Under the pieces are notes generated by a model. That model was not told the origin of the DNA. It worked only from the letters and a program-made list of their open reading frames with translations, and made no database searches. Both the position numbers and the translations under genes were made by a program. 61,894 bases of DNA from Acidimicrobiia bacterium (GTDB lineage Bacteria > Actinomycetota > Acidimicrobiia > IMCC26256 > JACDBD01), in assembly GCA_035938395.1 (NCBI GenBank), contig DASZGY010000019.1, positions 1 through 61,894 of the forward strand. The letters run 5' to 3'. Shown one piece after another: positions 44,958 through 53,823 of the stretch. Every line of letters starts with the position of its first letter. The stretch's first letter is position 1.

Positions 44958-45873
44958 TCCCTTCGAGGCCCTGCGGCGCACGCGCGACGCGGCGCCGCCC
45001 CGACCCGCGTTCGTCGCCGAGCTGGCCGACCGGCTCCGCGTCGAACTGGGCATCAGAGAAGGAGACGCGGCCACCGTGACGATGCGAACCGCGATGGGCG
45101 ACATGCCCGTGCAGGGCGGCGTCCCCAACGCGCTGCTCGACGTCATCGAGGACCAGGGCTACGCGGTGCTCGAGAACGCACTGTCCGCCACCGACGTGGC
45201 AACCGTGCGGGACGCGCTGGCGCCGTACCTCGGTGAGGGCCCCTTCGGGCGCAACGACTTCGAGGGCTTCCGCACCAAGCGCGTCTACAGCCTCCCGGCC
45301 AAGTCGCGCGCCTTCGACCGGCTCATCGAAGACGAGCGCGTCCTCGACGTGGCGGGCGGGCTGCTCGGACCGAACTTCCTGCTCACCGCGGCGCTGGCGA
45401 TCAACCTCGGCCCGGACGAGACCGCGCAGGACCTGCACTACGACGAGGCGTTCTATTACGGGTTACCGCGGCCGCGCCGGCCGCTGTCGCTCAGCACGCT
45501 GTGGGCGATCGACGACTTCACGGCCGAGAACGGCGGAACGCTCATCGCTCCCGGGAGCACGCACTGGGGTGACGGCCGGCCCGACCCGTCCGTCGAGCTC
45601 GTGCCGCTCGAGATGCCGGCGGGGTCGGTCGCCATCTACCCGGGCACGTTGTGGCACGCCGGCGGCGCGAACACCACCGACCGGTTCCGGCTCGGCATCT
45701 CGATCCAGTACGTCGTGGCCTGGGCCCGTCAGCAGGAGAGCTACCTGCTCGCCGTCCCGCCCGAGATGGCGAGGGACCTGTCACCCCGCCTACGCCAGCT
45801 CCTCGGCTACAGCATCCACCCGCCGTTCATGGGCCACGTCGACGGCCGCCATCCCGAGAAGATGGTGGGCTAG
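44950..45873 (+). CDS. Phytanoyl-CoA dioxygenase (PhyH) family Fe(II)/2OG enzyme with N-terminal extension
   Basis: QGYAVLEN, QDLHYD (HxD), WAIDDFTAENGGT, LWHAGGAN...R, RQQE; overlaps the sigma stop codon. Confidence 0.9.
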   Translation: MTDPFEALRRTRDAAPPRPAFVAELADRLRVELGIREGDAATVTMRTAMGDMPVQGGVPNALLDVIEDQGYAVLENALSATDVATVRDALAPYLGEGPFGRNDFEGFRTKRVYSLPAKSRAFDRLIEDERVLDVAGGLLGPNFLLTAALAINLGPDETAQDLHYDEAFYYGLPRPRRPLSLSTLWAIDDFTAENGGTLIAPGSTHWGDGRPDPSVELVPLEMPAGSVAIYPGTLWHAGGANTTDRFRLGISIQYVVAWARQQESYLLAVPPEMARDLSPRLRQLLGYSIHPPFMGHVDGRHPEKMVG

Positions 45874-46959
45874 CTACTCGCGCTCCGGCCACAGGGAGAG
45901 GACGTAGCCGACGGCGGGGTCGCTGCGGCCCTCGACGAGCTCCAGGTACGCCGACTGCACCGCGTCCGAGCCGGAGCCGTGGCGGATCTGGATCCAGCCG
46001 TCGCTGAATTCGGCGAAGTGCCGCCACGCGTCGGTTGCCCGGTCGTCGAGGCCGGCGCGCCCCCACTCCTTGGTGCGCTTGCCGATCTGATCCGGCGCGA
46101 AGAAGAAGGACGGCGCCGGGCCGGGGAGCTCACCGGCGGGCGCGCGGGGCAAGTCCCAGTGGGTGGCGCCGACCAGCATGCTGTGCGTCAGCCGGTCGCC
46201 GTAGGTGTGGTGCACGGCGGCACGAACGTCTGCGTTCCCGGCGATGTCGACGAACGCCGCTCGCCCTCCTCCCAATTTACCGATGTCGTCGTAGGCGAGG
46301 ACACGGTCGTAGACGCCGAGCGCTTCGACGAACGCGACGTTGCGTGCCGAGGTCAGACCGATGACCTCCATGGGGGCGCGTTGCTGGAGCAGGAAGGCGG
46401 TACCGATCGCGGTCTTGCTCGACGCGCTGGACACGACGACCTCCTCGGCATCGAAGAAAGCGTTGTCGTCGAGAAAGTCGTCGATGAGGAACGACGTGAA
46501 GAACAGGGGCCAGAGCACCATTCGGTGGTACTCGTAGACGGGATCCTCCGGCGCATCGGTGTCGACGCGGCGGTACCCGTTGTACGCCCCCGGCAGGGAA
46601 GCGCGGTGCGGCGCGGCGTCGACGAATCCCCTCGGGTCGACCCGACCGGGTGTGACCACGAGGTGCGTCGATGTCGGGAGATAGCCGTAGACACGCGTGC
46701 CGGAAGTGACGTCGTCGGCTGCACTGGCGATGACGTCGGCGAATCCCCACACGGGAATCCGCCCCCACACGTCTGGCTCCGACGTGGGGAAGAAATCCCA
46801 GTACTTGAGTGCTTCGCCCATCACGGCATAGGTGATGTTGTTGGTCGTGAGCGCGAAGCGGTCGACGCGCAAGAGCGCCTGCCCGAGCGCGAGCTCCGGC
46901 GGGATGTCGTCGACGACCCGGTACTCGTGGATGTCGTCCCGATTGACCTCGAAGTCCAT
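45874..46959 (-). CDS. DUF2855 family protein
   Basis: [55 protein letters not shown]. Confidence 0.8.
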   Translation of the reverse strand: MDFEVNRDDIHEYRVVDDIPPELALGQALLRVDRFALTTNNITYAVMGEALKYWDFFPTSEPDVWGRIPVWGFADVIASAADDVTSGTRVYGYLPTSTHLVVTPGRVDPRGFVDAAPHRASLPGAYNGYRRVDTDAPEDPVYEYHRMVLWPLFFTSFLIDDFLDDNAFFDAEEVVVSSASSKTAIGTAFLLQQRAPMEVIGLTSARNVAFVEALGVYDRVLAYDDIGKLGGGRAAFVDIAGNADVRAAVHHTYGDRLTHSMLVGATHWDLPRAPAGELPGPAPSFFFAPDQIGKRTKEWGRAGLDDRATDAWRHFAEFSDGWIQIRHGSGSDAVQSAYLELVEGRSDPAVGYVLSLWPERE

Positions 46960-46961
46960 CG

Positions 46962-47423
46962 TCAACCTCGAACGGCGAGGGCGTCGGCGGCGAGCTCCAT
47001 GTGGCCGAGGTGCTGGTACAGCTCCTCGAGAACGTGGAGGACGATCGCACCGTCCGACTCGTCGCCGCCCTCGAGGAACTGCCGCCCGGTCCGGTCCGCT
47101 TGCGTCCTTCCCTCGTCCATCGCCGCGAGGTCTTCGCCGACCTGCGCGAGCGTCTCGCCGACGAGCGCGTGGAGCTGGGAAACGGTCGCGGTACACGAGA
47201 ACTCCGACTCGCGATCCCGGTCGGTGCGACGTCCGAGGGCGACGTGGCCGATCCAGAACTCGGTGACGGCGCAGGAGTGGACGACGAGCGCGGCGACCGC
47301 GTTGGTCTCGTGTCCGAGGGGCCGGTCGTTCACTCGCTCGTCGCCGAGGCGATCGGCGACGTCCAGCATCTGGCCGAACGCGTGGCGCATATAGAGCTCG
47401 GCCGTCCGGCGCAGCAGCTCCAT
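46962..47423 (-). CDS. DinB/DUF664 family protein
   Basis: [32 protein letters not shown]. Confidence 0.8.
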   Translation of the reverse strand: MELLRRTAELYMRHAFGQMLDVADRLGDERVNDRPLGHETNAVAALVVHSCAVTEFWIGHVALGRRTDRDRESEFSCTATVSQLHALVGETLAQVGEDLAAMDEGRTQADRTGRQFLEGGDESDGAIVLHVLEELYQHLGHMELAADALAVRG

Positions 47424-47471
47424 CCCCGCAGTGTGGCACGGCGCGGATCCGTCCGAAGTAGCTTCGGAGTA

Positions 47472-48485
47472 GTGACGATCTCGACCCGCACACTCGGCCA
47501 AGGTCTCGAGGTCTCCGCTCAGGGTCTCGGGTGCATGGGGATGAGCCAGGTCTACGGGCCCGCCGACGAAACCGAATCGCTGGCGACGATCGACCGGGCG
47601 CTCGAGCTCGGCGTGACGTTCCTCGACACCGCCGACGTGTACGGGCTGGGACACAACGAGGAGCTCGTCGGCCGGGCGATCGCCGGCCGGCGCGACGGCG
47701 TCGTCCTGGCGACGAAGTTCGGCATCGTCCGTCGGGCCGACGACCCGAGCTTCCGCGCCATCAACGGCCGGCCCGATTACGTGCGCAGCGCCTGCGACGC
47801 GTCGCTGCAGCGGCTCGGCGTCGACCACATCGACCTCTATTACCAGCACCGCGCCGACCCAAACGTGCCCATCGAAGAGACCGTGGGCGCCATGGCCGAG
47901 CTGGTCGCAGCGGGCAAGGTGCGCCACCTGGGCCTGTCGGAAGCCGCCGGCGACACGATCCGGCGCGCGCACGCCGTCCACCCGATCAGCGCACTGCAGA
48001 GCGAGTGGTCGCTGTGGAGTCGCGACATCGAGGAGGACGCGCTGCCGGCGGCCCGCGCGCTCGGCGTCGGGATCGTGCCCTACAGCCCGCTCGGGCGCGG
48101 GATGCTGACAGGCCAGATCCGCAGCGCCGACGACCTGTCGCGCGGCGACTTCCGCCGCGGCACGCCGCGCTTCGAAGGTGACAACTTCTCCCGCAACCTC
48201 GAGGTCGTCGAACGCGTTCGGACGATCGCGACCGAGAAGGGCGTCACGCCCGGTCAGCTCGCGCTGGCGTGGGTGCAGGCCCAAGGCGACGATGTCGCGC
48301 CGATCCCGGGCACCAAGCGCCGCACCTACCTGGAGGAGAACGTCGCTGCCCTCGACGTGCAGCTCAACCCGGACGATCTCGCCGAGCTCGAAGCGGTGGC
48401 GTCGACGAGCGCGGTGGCGGGCGAGCGGACCGCCGACATGACGTGGGTCGCGGGAACGACGCCCGCTCAGACGGCGTCGAACTGA
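47472..48485 (+). CDS. Aldo/keto reductase
   Basis: [35 protein letters not shown]. Confidence 0.95.
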   Translation: MTISTRTLGQGLEVSAQGLGCMGMSQVYGPADETESLATIDRALELGVTFLDTADVYGLGHNEELVGRAIAGRRDGVVLATKFGIVRRADDPSFRAINGRPDYVRSACDASLQRLGVDHIDLYYQHRADPNVPIEETVGAMAELVAAGKVRHLGLSEAAGDTIRRAHAVHPISALQSEWSLWSRDIEEDALPAARALGVGIVPYSPLGRGMLTGQIRSADDLSRGDFRRGTPRFEGDNFSRNLEVVERVRTIATEKGVTPGQLALAWVQAQGDDVAPIPGTKRRTYLEENVAALDVQLNPDDLAELEAVASTSAVAGERTADMTWVAGTTPAQTASN

Positions 48486-49159
48486 GCGACGTACGCAAAC
48501 GGCGAGCCGTACCGCCGCACGAACCGGAAGCCGCTCGACTCGGCGAGTGATCGCAGCTCGCGCAGTGACGCGTAGTCGGGGTCGAGGAGCACCTCGCCGA
48601 CGGCGAGCCGCCCGCCGGGCCTCAGGACGCGGCGCAGCTCGCGCAGCGCGACGTCAGGGTCGGGGATCTCGCCGAACACGGTGACGAGGTAGGCGGCGTT
48701 GAAGCGTCCGTCGGGGTACGGCAGTTGGTCGCCGGCCTGCCCCCGCGACGGGATGATGTTCGACAACCCCTGATCGAATCCCCTGCGCATCACGGCATCG
48801 AGCATGTCCTGCTGGATGTCGAAGACGTCGAGCGTTCCCGTCGGCCCGATCCATTGCGCGACCTGCACCGCGTGCCGGCCCGTCCCCGGCCCGATCTCCA
48901 AGATGTGGTTCCCGGCCTCCGGCTCGACGCCCCGGCGCAGCAGGCCCGGCGAGATCGGATGCGGCACCGCCAGGAACCAGCGCAGCGAGTACGGGAAGGG
49001 ACCTCGCGAGTTGCGGCTCCACCGTCGAGACGCGACGCCGAACCCGACGGCGCCCAGCCCCAGGGCCGCTGCGAACCTCAGGCGCCTCCGGAACATCGCG
49101 TACGCGGCGGCGACGAGCGCCGCGAGCGCACCGAACCACGCGCCGTCTTGCTTCCTCAC
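48467..49159 (-). CDS. Class I SAM-dependent methyltransferase with N-terminal membrane segments
   Basis: [32 protein letters not shown]. Confidence 0.85.
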   Translation of the reverse strand: MRKQDGAWFGALAALVAAAYAMFRRRLRFAAALGLGAVGFGVASRRWSRNSRGPFPYSLRWFLAVPHPISPGLLRRGVEPEAGNHILEIGPGTGRHAVQVAQWIGPTGTLDVFDIQQDMLDAVMRRGFDQGLSNIIPSRGQAGDQLPYPDGRFNAAYLVTVFGEIPDPDVALRELRRVLRPGGRLAVGEVLLDPDYASLRELRSLAESSGFRFVRRYGSPFAYVAQFDAV

Positions 49160-49165
49160 GGGCGA

Positions 49166-50308
49166 CTACTTGATGGCGCCCGCGTCGCGCAGCTTGGCCA
49201 GCTCGTCAGGACCGAAGCCCCAATCGCCGAGCGCTTCGTCGGTGTGCTGCCCGGGCTGGGCCGCTCGTCGAGAGATCGCGCCCGGCGTGCGCGAGAACCG
49301 CGGTGCGGGAGCGGGCTGGAGCACGCCGTCGTGCTCCACGACCGTGTCGCGTGCCCGGATGTGCGGGTGGTCCGCCGCCTCGCTCATCGTGAGGACGGGC
49401 GCGAAGCACGTGTCGGTGTGCTCGAGAATCGTGGACCACTCGTCGCGCGTCTTCATCTTGAACAGGGCCGTGAACTTCTCTCGCAGCGTGTCCCACCCGC
49501 TGCGGTCCATCTGCGCGGGAAGGTCCGCATCGGACAGCCCGAGCTTCTCGATGAGCTCGGCGTAGAACTGCGGCTCGAGCGAGCCCACGGAGATGAACTT
49601 GCCGTCGGCCGTCTCGTAGGTGTCGTAGAACGGCGCGCCGGTGTCGAGGACGTTCCCGCCCAGGTGCTCCTCGTCGAACGCGCCCAGGGCCCGCAACCCC
49701 CACGTCATCGCCATGAGAATGGCGCTGCCGTCGACCATCGCCGCGTCGACCACCTGCCCCTCGCCGGACGACCGCGCCTCGAGGAGCGCGCACGCCACAC
49801 CGAACGCGAGCAACATCCCGCCGCCGCCGAAGTCGCCGACGACGTTCATCGGCGGAGTGGGCTTGCCACCGGCACGCCCGAAGTGCGCCAGCGCGCCGGC
49901 CAGCGAGATGTAGTTGATGTCGTGGCCGGCCGCTTGCGCGTACGGACCGTCCTGGCCCCAACCCGTCATGCGCCCGTACACGAGCTTCGGGTTGCGGGCG
50001 CGGCAGGTGTCTGGCCCGATCCCGAGCCGCTCCGCCACGCCGGGCCGGAAGCCCTCGATGAGCGCGTCCGCCTGCTCGACCATGCGCAGCACGGTCTCGA
50101 CGCCGTCGGCCTGCTTGAGGTCGACGCCGATCGATCGCCGACCGCGGTTCAGCACCTCCATCCACCCGGGGTCGAATCCGCGCTCGACCGATTGCGCTCG
50201 GTCGACGCGCACCACGTCGGCGCCCATGTCGGAGAGCAGCATCGCCGCGAACGGACCCGGCCCGATGCCCGCGATCTCGATCACTCTCACATTCGACAGC
50301 GGTCCCAT
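49166..50308 (-). CDS. CaiB/BaiF family III CoA-transferase / alpha-methylacyl-CoA racemase
   Basis: GIGPGPFAAM, EGFRPGVAERLG, GHDINY, GDFGGG. Confidence 0.92.
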   Translation of the reverse strand: MGPLSNVRVIEIAGIGPGPFAAMLLSDMGADVVRVDRAQSVERGFDPGWMEVLNRGRRSIGVDLKQADGVETVLRMVEQADALIEGFRPGVAERLGIGPDTCRARNPKLVYGRMTGWGQDGPYAQAAGHDINYISLAGALAHFGRAGGKPTPPMNVVGDFGGGGMLLAFGVACALLEARSSGEGQVVDAAMVDGSAILMAMTWGLRALGAFDEEHLGGNVLDTGAPFYDTYETADGKFISVGSLEPQFYAELIEKLGLSDADLPAQMDRSGWDTLREKFTALFKMKTRDEWSTILEHTDTCFAPVLTMSEAADHPHIRARDTVVEHDGVLQPAPAPRFSRTPGAISRRAAQPGQHTDEALGDWGFGPDELAKLRDAGAIK

Positions 50309-50335
50309 GCAGCGACCCTAGCTACGGTTCTCTGC

Positions 50336-51163
50336 ATGGTCGAAACGCTCGCGTCGGGATTCGGGCTCGTCGAAGGGCCCACCGTCGACGGCGACGGGAA
50401 CCTGTATTTCAGCGACGTGCTCGGGGGCGGCGTGTACCGGCGTGACCCCGACGGCGACATCACGACCGTCGTGCCGAAACGCCGCGGCGTCGGCGGCATC
50501 GCGCTCCACGCCGACGGCGGCGTCGTGGTGTCGGGTCGCGACATCGCGCACGTGCGCGCCGGCGAGACTCGGAAGCTTCTCGCCGTCGACGGCGTTCTCG
50601 GGTGGAACGACATCTGCGCCGATTCGTCTGGCCGCGTGTATGCGGGTGCGCTCCGCTTCGCCGTCTTCGATCCCGAGGCCGAGCCCGTACCGGGCGAGCT
50701 GTGGCGGATCGACGGCACCGACCAGGCGATCGCTCTGTATCACGGGGTCGTCCACGCCAACGGCGTCTCGCTCTCACCAGGCGAACGCAGCATCTATCAC
50801 TCGGATACGCACAGCAACGTGATCCTCGTGCACACGATCGCCGACGACGGCACGGCCGGCGATCGCCGCGCCTTCCACTTCCCACCCGGCGCCCCCGACG
50901 GCATGGCCTTCGATGCTCAGGGGCTCCTCTGGGTCGCATCGGCGCGGGCCGGGTGTGTCGCCCGCCTGACGCCCGACGGCGAGATCGACCGCGTCCTCGA
51001 GGTGCCCGCCCAGACCGTCACCTCGGTCTGTTTCGCCGCCGACGGCGAGCACGACCTCTACGTCGTGACCGCCGACAACACGGACGAGCCCGACCGGCGC
51101 GGCACCATCTTCCGCCTGAGCGCCGGCGTGGGCGGCGCGCCGGTGCACCCGGCGCGGATCTAA
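50336..51163 (+). CDS. SMP-30/gluconolactonase family protein
   Basis: EGP, WND, ANG, PDGMAFD, TSVCF beta-propeller motifs. Confidence 0.9.
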   Translation: MVETLASGFGLVEGPTVDGDGNLYFSDVLGGGVYRRDPDGDITTVVPKRRGVGGIALHADGGVVVSGRDIAHVRAGETRKLLAVDGVLGWNDICADSSGRVYAGALRFAVFDPEAEPVPGELWRIDGTDQAIALYHGVVHANGVSLSPGERSIYHSDTHSNVILVHTIADDGTAGDRRAFHFPPGAPDGMAFDAQGLLWVASARAGCVARLTPDGEIDRVLEVPAQTVTSVCFAADGEHDLYVVTADNTDEPDRRGTIFRLSAGVGGAPVHPARI

Positions 51164-51190
51164 CGGGACCTGGCGGGCGGATCGCGACGA

Positions 51191-51227
51191 TGGTTGGCTG
51201 GAACACTTGCGCAAGCAAGTGCGACCA
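51191..51227. terminator. Hairpin between convergent SMP-30 genes
   Basis: CACTTGC-GCAA-GCAAGTG stem-loop extended by TGGTTG/CGACCA; no U-tract. Confidence 0.4.
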
Positions 51228-51232
51228 GAGAG

Positions 51233-52153
51233 CTAGAACGCGAGCTTCAGGCCGGGCCGCGGCCACGGCGTCGACACGAGCTTGCCGGTGGCCGAGCACG
51301 TCACGTACGCGGTGCGGAGGTCGTCACCCCCGAAGCACACGTTCGTGACCATCGGGTCCGGGAACGGCACGTGATCGACGCTGCTCCCGTCGGGTGAGAT
51401 CACCGTGAGCCCGCCGTTCACCAACGTGCCCACGACGACGTTCCCGTCGCCGTCGACGGCGAGCGAGTCGAACAGCTGCATCCCCGACAGCCCGCACAGG
51501 AGTTCGCCGCCGTTGCCGACCGGTGGCGGCGGCGCGGCAAGCTCGCCCGGGCCAGACAGGCCCCACGCGAACACCCTTCCGGTGTACGTCTCCGCGGCGT
51601 AGACGCGTCGGCCGTCGGGCGACAGGCCGACGCCGTTCGGACCGTCGAGCGGGTACACGACTTCGCGGATCTCCGAGCCGTCGGGACGTGCGTAGTAGAG
51701 GCCGCCGTGCGTCTTGTCGCGCTCGCGCCAGCGGCCGTGGTCGGTGAACCAGAACCCACCGGTGTCATCGAAGACCAAGTCGTTCGGGCCGATCAGATCG
51801 TGCCCGTCGCTTTCGCGGTAGAGCACCATGACCTCGCCGGTGGCGAGGTCGACGCGCTCGATGCGGCCGCCCGAGTGGTGACCCGGCAGGTAGCTGTCGG
51901 GGATCGTGAGCCCGCCCATGTCGTGCGACCCGTAGCCGCCGCTGTTGCACACGTATACCGCGCCGTCGGGGCCGATGGCGAGCCCGTTCGGGCTGCCGCC
52001 GTTCTCCGACACGATCTCCTTCTTGCCGTCGGGTTGCACCCGAACGACCGTCCCGCCGAGGAGCTCGACGCACAACACGCTCCCGTCCGGCATCCACACC
52101 GGGCCTTCCGGGAAGCGCAATCCGGCCGTGATCTCGGTGATGTCCACATCCAT
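51233..52153 (-). CDS. SMP-30/gluconolactonase family protein
   Basis: FPEGP, PNGLA, PNDLVFD, PNGVGLSPDG, FDSLAVD, TNVCFGG. Confidence 0.92.
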   Translation of the reverse strand: MDVDITEITAGLRFPEGPVWMPDGSVLCVELLGGTVVRVQPDGKKEIVSENGGSPNGLAIGPDGAVYVCNSGGYGSHDMGGLTIPDSYLPGHHSGGRIERVDLATGEVMVLYRESDGHDLIGPNDLVFDDTGGFWFTDHGRWRERDKTHGGLYYARPDGSEIREVVYPLDGPNGVGLSPDGRRVYAAETYTGRVFAWGLSGPGELAAPPPPVGNGGELLCGLSGMQLFDSLAVDGDGNVVVGTLVNGGLTVISPDGSSVDHVPFPDPMVTNVCFGGDDLRTAYVTCSATGKLVSTPWPRPGLKLAF

Positions 52154-52173
52154 GAGGCGGAGCGAAGCACTTG

Positions 52174-52191
52174 CTTGACCGGTCGGTCAAG
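52174..52191. promoter_or_regulatory. Palindromic operator-like site between divergent genes
   Basis: CTTGACCG-GT-CGGTCAAG, perfect 8-bp arms in a 48-bp intergenic region. Confidence 0.6.
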
Positions 52192-52201
52192 GCCGACTTG
52201 C

Positions 52202-53224
52202 ATGGCGCGCATGAAGCTGCGCCTGGAGCCGTCCGACGAGCACATGCACCCGCTGGAGTCGGCCAAGAACTTCAACGAGTCGATGTACTTCAACTTCTTC
52301 GACCCGGCCGAACGCATCGGCGGGTGGTTCCGACTCGGCAACCGGGCCAACGAGGGCTACGCCGAGATGACGACGTGCGTCTACCTCCCCGACGGGCGGG
52401 TCGGCTTCATGTTCAGCCGGCCCGAGATCGCCGACAACGACGCGTTCGACGCCGGCGGGATGCGATTCGAGATGATCGAGCCGTTCGAAGCGCAGCGCGT
52501 CTCGTTCACGGGAAAGGTCGCCCTGCTCGAGCGACCACTCGAGATGGTGAACCCGCGCCAGGCGTTCACCGAGAACCCGTGGGTCGATGCCGCCGTCGTG
52601 CTCGACTACCGCGGCGTTTCGCCGATGTGGGGCGGCGAGCCCGTGAACGACGACGGCTCCCCCATCACGGAGAACACCGAGCAGGGCTTCGCCCGCGGTC
52701 ACTACGAGCAGCACGTCGGCGCTCGCGGGGTCGTGCGCGTCGCCGACCAGGAGTGGGAGGTCGACGGCTTCGGGCTCCGCGACCACTCGTGGGGGCCGCG
52801 CTACTGGCAGTCGCCGTGGTGGTACCGGTGGCTCACCGCCAACTTCGGCGAGGACTTCGGGTTCGTCATCTCGATCGTCACCTCGCGCGACGGCGGCCAG
52901 CGCGTGGGCGGCGTCGTGCTCGAGGACGGCGAGTACCGCACGATCGACGAGGTCAAGCTCGAGACCGAGTGGCACGGCGCGGACTCGTACCACCAGGACC
53001 TGCGTGCGGTCGCGCACACCGCCGATCGCGACTACGAGATCGAGGGCAGCGTCCTGTCGCTCATCCCGCTGCGGAACCGTCGGCAGACGCCCGACGGCGA
53101 CATGCTCGTGACGCGCATCTCGGAGGGCATGACCGAGTGGCGCTGCGACGGCAAGGTCGGCTTCGGGCTGTCGGAGTACCTCGACCAGATGGTCGACGGG
53201 CAGCCGGTCGGCGTCACGGCCTGA
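52202..53224 (+). CDS. Conserved hypothetical protein (probable tocopherol-cyclase/AttH-like beta fold)
   Basis: NESMYFNF, GHYEQ, GLRDHSWGPRYW motifs; GC3-biased codons; fold assignment tentative. Confidence 0.65.
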   Translation: MARMKLRLEPSDEHMHPLESAKNFNESMYFNFFDPAERIGGWFRLGNRANEGYAEMTTCVYLPDGRVGFMFSRPEIADNDAFDAGGMRFEMIEPFEAQRVSFTGKVALLERPLEMVNPRQAFTENPWVDAAVVLDYRGVSPMWGGEPVNDDGSPITENTEQGFARGHYEQHVGARGVVRVADQEWEVDGFGLRDHSWGPRYWQSPWWYRWLTANFGEDFGFVISIVTSRDGGQRVGGVVLEDGEYRTIDEVKLETEWHGADSYHQDLRAVAHTADRDYEIEGSVLSLIPLRNRRQTPDGDMLVTRISEGMTEWRCDGKVGFGLSEYLDQMVDGQPVGVTA

Positions 53225-53227
53225 CCC

Positions 53228-53737
53228 TCACGCGGTCGTGCGGTCCCCGTTTCTCTGCGCTCGACGGAACTGGGGCCGCCACCCCTCCTGACGCCGCTCG
53301 TGCTCCAGGTACCGGCTTCGCGCCCGCAACAGGTCGGTTCGCGTACAGATCCCGATGAGCCGATCGTGCTCGACGACGGGAACGTGGTCGACGCCCTCCT
53401 CGGTGATGCGTTCGAGCACGGTCAGCAAGGCGTCGTCGGGTCGAACCGTCACGACATCTGCGGTTGCGATCTCTTTCACGGGCGTGCCGTCCGGGAGGTC
53501 GCGCACCAGGAGGTCGCCGCGGGTCACGATCCCCGCGAGAGTGAGGTCCTCGTCCACCAACGGGTATGCGCCGTGGCCGCCGTTCTCGAGCACGCGGCGC
53601 GCGTCGGCAATAGCCGCGTCCTCCGGGAGCGTCTCGACACCAGTGGTCATCGCCTCGCGGACGGAGTGCACCTGAAGCACATCCGGCGCGTATCGCCGCG
53701 GCACGACCACTCCTCGGCGCGCGAGCTTCTCGGTCAT
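53228..53737 (-). CDS. Stand-alone CBS-pair protein resembling a ClC channel C-terminus
   Basis: MTEKLARRG...VREAMT, AYPLVD...GIVTRGDL, HVPVV...GICTRTDL. Confidence 0.75.
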   Translation of the reverse strand: MTEKLARRGVVVPRRYAPDVLQVHSVREAMTTGVETLPEDAAIADARRVLENGGHGAYPLVDEDLTLAGIVTRGDLLVRDLPDGTPVKEIATADVVTVRPDDALLTVLERITEEGVDHVPVVEHDRLIGICTRTDLLRARSRYLEHERRQEGWRPQFRRAQRNGDRTTA

Positions 53738-53823
53738 CACTCGAAGAACTGGCCCGCCTCTCGCCCCGCCTCCGCCCGGTATGGGCGGGCTTGGACGCGC
53801 CGCGCGGGCCCGCCTGACGCCGG

